Shown here one piece after another: positions 60,754 to 64,000 of a stretch of 64,000 nucleotides of DNA (the first letter of the stretch is position 1; each line of letters begins with the position of its first letter). The notes beneath the pieces were generated by a model, which had not been told where the DNA came from, did no database searches, and saw only the letters and a program-made list of their open reading frames with translations. Origin of the DNA: Thermoplasmatales archaeon (GTDB taxonomy: Archaea; Thermoplasmatota; Thermoplasmata; Thermoplasmatales; Thermoplasmataceae); the NCBI GenBank assembly GCA_027310185.1, contig DAIDBH010000006.1, positions 180,860-244,859 of the forward strand. The letters are read 5' to 3'. The position numbers were made by a program, and so were the translations under genes.

Positions 60754-61374
60754 CTATTCAGGCGAACTCTTTCTGATTTCATTCAGGGCTTCCCTGTCTC
60801 TGCAATAAAGGTAAGGAGCAAGATCCAGCGATGGGGGAGACTTTTCCAGTGTTTTTGAATATACATTTCTCAGATTCCTGTCTACAACTGAACAGTATCC
60901 TTTCCATGTTACACCTAGTGATTCGACGAATTCTTTCTCTATACCTGTGGCCTTTTCATGTGCGTATGGATACTCAAATTTTTCATCAGATAACCACTTT
61001 TCCGGCAGCTCGTGGTGATAGCCTATTGTCAACATTGTGTTGATTTTCCTGTTCTCAACCTCAATTTCTTCTGGAAAATGCTCATCCAGAAAGATTGTGC
61101 TCCCATCCAGTGAGTATCCTCCCGTATATTTTATGTCAAAGTCATGGCTAGCCTTCACGTCCTTGGCCGATTTCATTATCTTAACTTTTCCAATTTGAAT
61201 GCCGTTATGATAAACATAACTCCCTCTTACCTCAAGTAATTCTCCATCTTTCAATGGTTCACCTGATTCGAATTTAATCATGGCTGGTTCCCTGAATTCG
61301 ATTGCTATTATTTCCTTGAGCCCATTTTCGAAAGTTTTCTCTTCCCTTGTTATGATTTTGAATTCATCTTTCAT
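60754..61374 (-). CDS. Hypothetical protein with HHExxE...AHxxA metal-binding-like motif
   Basis: GYHHELPEKW...YPYAHEKATGIE; two C-terminal Cys. Confidence 0.6.
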   Translation of the reverse strand: MKDEFKIITREEKTFENGLKEIIAIEFREPAMIKFESGEPLKDGELLEVRGSYVYHNGIQIGKVKIMKSAKDVKASHDFDIKYTGGYSLDGSTIFLDEHFPEEIEVENRKINTMLTIGYHHELPEKWLSDEKFEYPYAHEKATGIEKEFVESLGVTWKGYCSVVDRNLRNVYSKTLEKSPPSLDLAPYLYCRDREALNEIRKSSPE

Positions 61375-61638
61375 TGAATCACATAGACTGGGTGGATTAA
61401 AGTTTTACTTATATACTGCTGATGTTATAAATTTTAGGATTACCTGTAATCATAAGATATGAGAAAAATAAGAAATATATAAGGAAAATCTCTGTTATCA
61501 TGAATCAACAGACCTTCATCAAACTGGATGGAAAATATCAAAAAAACACGAAAATAAAGGGACAGTTGAATATCAAAGGCACCCATATTACTCCAGGTAA
61601 TTTTCTCTTGGAATGTTGTTCCTGCCAGAGGTTTTAGG

Positions 61639-62661
61639 ATGGACAAACTAAGTGTTGGCGTTTTGGGATGCACTGGTCTGGTAGGTGAGACCTTTCTTAA
61701 ACTTCTGGAAAAGCATCCATGGTTTAGAGTCGATGGGATCTATGCTTCCAGGAATTCCGCTGGACTATCAATAAAATCTGGACCTGATGAAAATGAAGAA
61801 ATGACGGTTCATGAATCTACCGTTGAGAATATAGTCAACGGAAAGCATGATATGGTATTCAGTGCAATAAGTGACCTGAATGCTGGACCTATAGAGCTGG
61901 AACTTTCAAAACTCGGTCAGAGAGTATTTACCAATGCTTCTGCAAACAGGTTAAACACAGATATTCCTCTGGTAGTTCCAGAGATAAACAGTGAGCATTT
62001 CAATATGATCACAGACAATCATGGATATATAGTTGCTAATGGGAACTGCAGTACAATAGGGTTAAGCCTCGGGATTGATCCTATTTTTGATCTGAATCCA
62101 CAGCATTTAACTGTAACTACACTTCAATCAATCAGCGGTGCCGGTTATCCTGGTATTCCATCCATGGATATTCTGGGCAACGTCATTCCTTTCATAAATG
62201 GTGAGGAAAGAAAACTCGAAAATGAAACGAAGAAAATTTTTGGAAAGTTCAGTGATGGAAAAATTCATGAATCGAAACTGAACATTAGTGCAACAGCAAC
62301 AAGAGTCCCGGTGAGGATCGGACATGTGATTTCAGCTACTGTTGAAGTGAAGGAAGAAGTTGGAGAAGAATTAGTACTGAATAAGTTCAAAAAATATGGT
62401 AATGGCTCCCTGGTGGGAAAGTTTCCCTCTCTGCCCAGGCAAAGCATCCTGTTTTTGCCCGGTAGTGACAGGCCCCAACCTCTTATGGATTCAGGTTCAG
62501 ATGATTTAATGAAAGAAATGCAGGTAAAGGTTGGCAGGATAAGGGTCTCCGGGAATTATATCTCACTGATAATTCTGGTGAACAATCTGGTGAGAGGAGC
62601 AGCAGGTGCCTCGATCTTGAATGGGGAGATAGTCGCAAAGACATGGGGAATGATCTCATGA
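61639..62661 (+). CDS. asd: Aspartate-semialdehyde dehydrogenase
   Basis: GCTGLVG, PLVVPEIN, NGNCST, QSISGAG, RVPV..GH, NLVRGAAG. Confidence 0.95.
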   Translation: MDKLSVGVLGCTGLVGETFLKLLEKHPWFRVDGIYASRNSAGLSIKSGPDENEEMTVHESTVENIVNGKHDMVFSAISDLNAGPIELELSKLGQRVFTNASANRLNTDIPLVVPEINSEHFNMITDNHGYIVANGNCSTIGLSLGIDPIFDLNPQHLTVTTLQSISGAGYPGIPSMDILGNVIPFINGEERKLENETKKIFGKFSDGKIHESKLNISATATRVPVRIGHVISATVEVKEEVGEELVLNKFKKYGNGSLVGKFPSLPRQSILFLPGSDRPQPLMDSGSDDLMKEMQVKVGRIRVSGNYISLIILVNNLVRGAAGASILNGEIVAKTWGMIS

Positions 62662-63554
62662 GTTTCAGGGTCATGAAAGTTGGAGGTTCCTGTCTTACAG
62701 ACATAGATTCCCTAAATCAGCTCACTAAGATACCAGAACTCTGGCCGTTTAATGTAATAGTGGTGAGTGCTTTCAAGGGTGTGACCGATGCACTCTATGA
62801 TGCTTATTTTGGTTCCCATCGATCGGAATATGTATCTGGGCTTATTAGAGAGTTTTCTAAAGAGTTGTCTAAAAAGAAACTTGGAACGGAAGATATCCTG
62901 TTTAAAAGGATACTGTCAATGATTAGGTTCTCAGATGTTGATGATTTTATAGAAAAAATAGATGAATGCACCCTGGATTTTTATGTATCACTCGGAGAGC
63001 AAATCTCAGGAGCCATCTGCACCATATATCTAGAAGATAATCATGATGCAATTTACATGGATTCAACAGATACAGGGATATTTATCAGGAAGGTAGATGA
63101 TGTGAATAAAATTGACCTCGACAGATCAGTATACCTTCACAGTGAAAAATTAGAAGAATTTCTTGGCAAAAAAACCATAGTAACAACTGGGTTCTATGGA
63201 CTGAATGAATCTGGAAATATTGCCATAGCAGGGAGGAATAGCAGTGATTATGTGGCCTCAGTCCTTGCAGTCAAATTCAGGGCAGATGTTCTTGTTTTGT
63301 TCAAGGATGTGGATGGGATCTATCAAGCTGATCCTAAGATAGAACATTTGATAAGCCCCATCAGGGAGATGAACTATGAACAGGCAATGAGATACTCTAT
63401 GGAGGGGGCGATCATTCATCCTGATGCAGTTAGGATATGCAGTGAAAATGATATTAAAATTCATGTAATGGGATACAACAGTCTTAAAATTGGTACCACC
63501 ATAGGACGATATGGTTACATAACAGATAATTTATTCTTTCCAGAAACCATTTAA
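62658..63554 (+). CDS. Aspartate kinase, catalytic domain only
   Basis: KVGGS, VVSA..GVTD, GEQIS, GRNSSDY.A, KDVDGIY.ADP, IHP; ATGA overlap with asd. Confidence 0.88.
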   Translation: MSFRVMKVGGSCLTDIDSLNQLTKIPELWPFNVIVVSAFKGVTDALYDAYFGSHRSEYVSGLIREFSKELSKKKLGTEDILFKRILSMIRFSDVDDFIEKIDECTLDFYVSLGEQISGAICTIYLEDNHDAIYMDSTDTGIFIRKVDDVNKIDLDRSVYLHSEKLEEFLGKKTIVTTGFYGLNESGNIAIAGRNSSDYVASVLAVKFRADVLVLFKDVDGIYQADPKIEHLISPIREMNYEQAMRYSMEGAIIHPDAVRICSENDIKIHVMGYNSLKIGTTIGRYGYITDNLFFPETI

Positions 63555-64000
63555 AAGCAGATTTTCTTCTTTTCTAGAATTGAAGAGAATTAACATACTC
63601 GTTTATTCAAACCTTTGAATGAAACATGTTGATCTTCAACACTTGTGCCCTGATTAATTAAAAGGCAGATTGCCACCGAATCTTTTGTTTCTCAAGTAAA
63701 ACCAAGCTCTATTCCTCAGATATAATTGCCAGGTACACATAAAACTTATTCTGAATGTGGACTAAATAATAATTTGTCATATGCTTATGACACTTTTTCA
63801 TTTTATCGGACAATGAAGCTTTACTGTAGCTTCTTATACTATTACAATACCTTAACTATAGAGGATTTCTAACAACCTCTTAGAAAACACCGTAACATTT
63901 ATTCATGAAACACGCATGTTACAGCATGAGTGACCTGCTTGATCATGCGTTGAAGGAAAAATACAATTCAATGAAGATAAATGATCCATTAACATTTGTA

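Noticed and set aside
63555-64000. ORF-free tail of the window
   Set aside because: Only short stop-interrupted frames; no element or RNA recognisable without downstream context
1-64000. CRISPR array, rRNA, prophage or integrase
   Set aside because: No regularly spaced repeats, rRNA-like GC-rich tract or viral hallmark genes seen

Overview
AT-rich archaeal chromosomal window. Gene content (thermosome beta, mevalonate-3-kinase-like gene, RfcL, PCNA, L15e, Taw1, thermopsin-type surface repeats) points to Thermoplasmatales; a Cuniculiplasma/G-plasma-like organism is my inference, not verified. Most of the window is housekeeping genes: pgk-pfdA-ftsY, gcvPA/PB/H, queD/C, mdh, hemB, asd-ask, rml, pit, plus two tRNAs (Ser-TGA, Arg-CCT). 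The notable parts are: (i) two paralogous giant (~960 aa) class III signal peptide pilin-like proteins separated by a TauE/DsrE cassette, with an unlisted divergent wHTH gene that lacks a canonical start codon; (ii) an intact TnpB-only IS200/IS605 element whose right end supplies the stop codon of a host gene; (iii) a separate ~236 bp TnpB-less element that keeps a left end and a covarying omegaRNA-like scaffold (orphan omegaRNA/PATE); (iv) a stand-alone HEPN-like gene, an unknown gene pair ending in a PIP-box-like motif, a KaiC/GvpD-like ATPase, and phased TATATA repeats upstream of a phosphate transporter operon. No CRISPR array, rRNA, integrase or prophage was seen. All family assignments come from motif recognition, not database searches.
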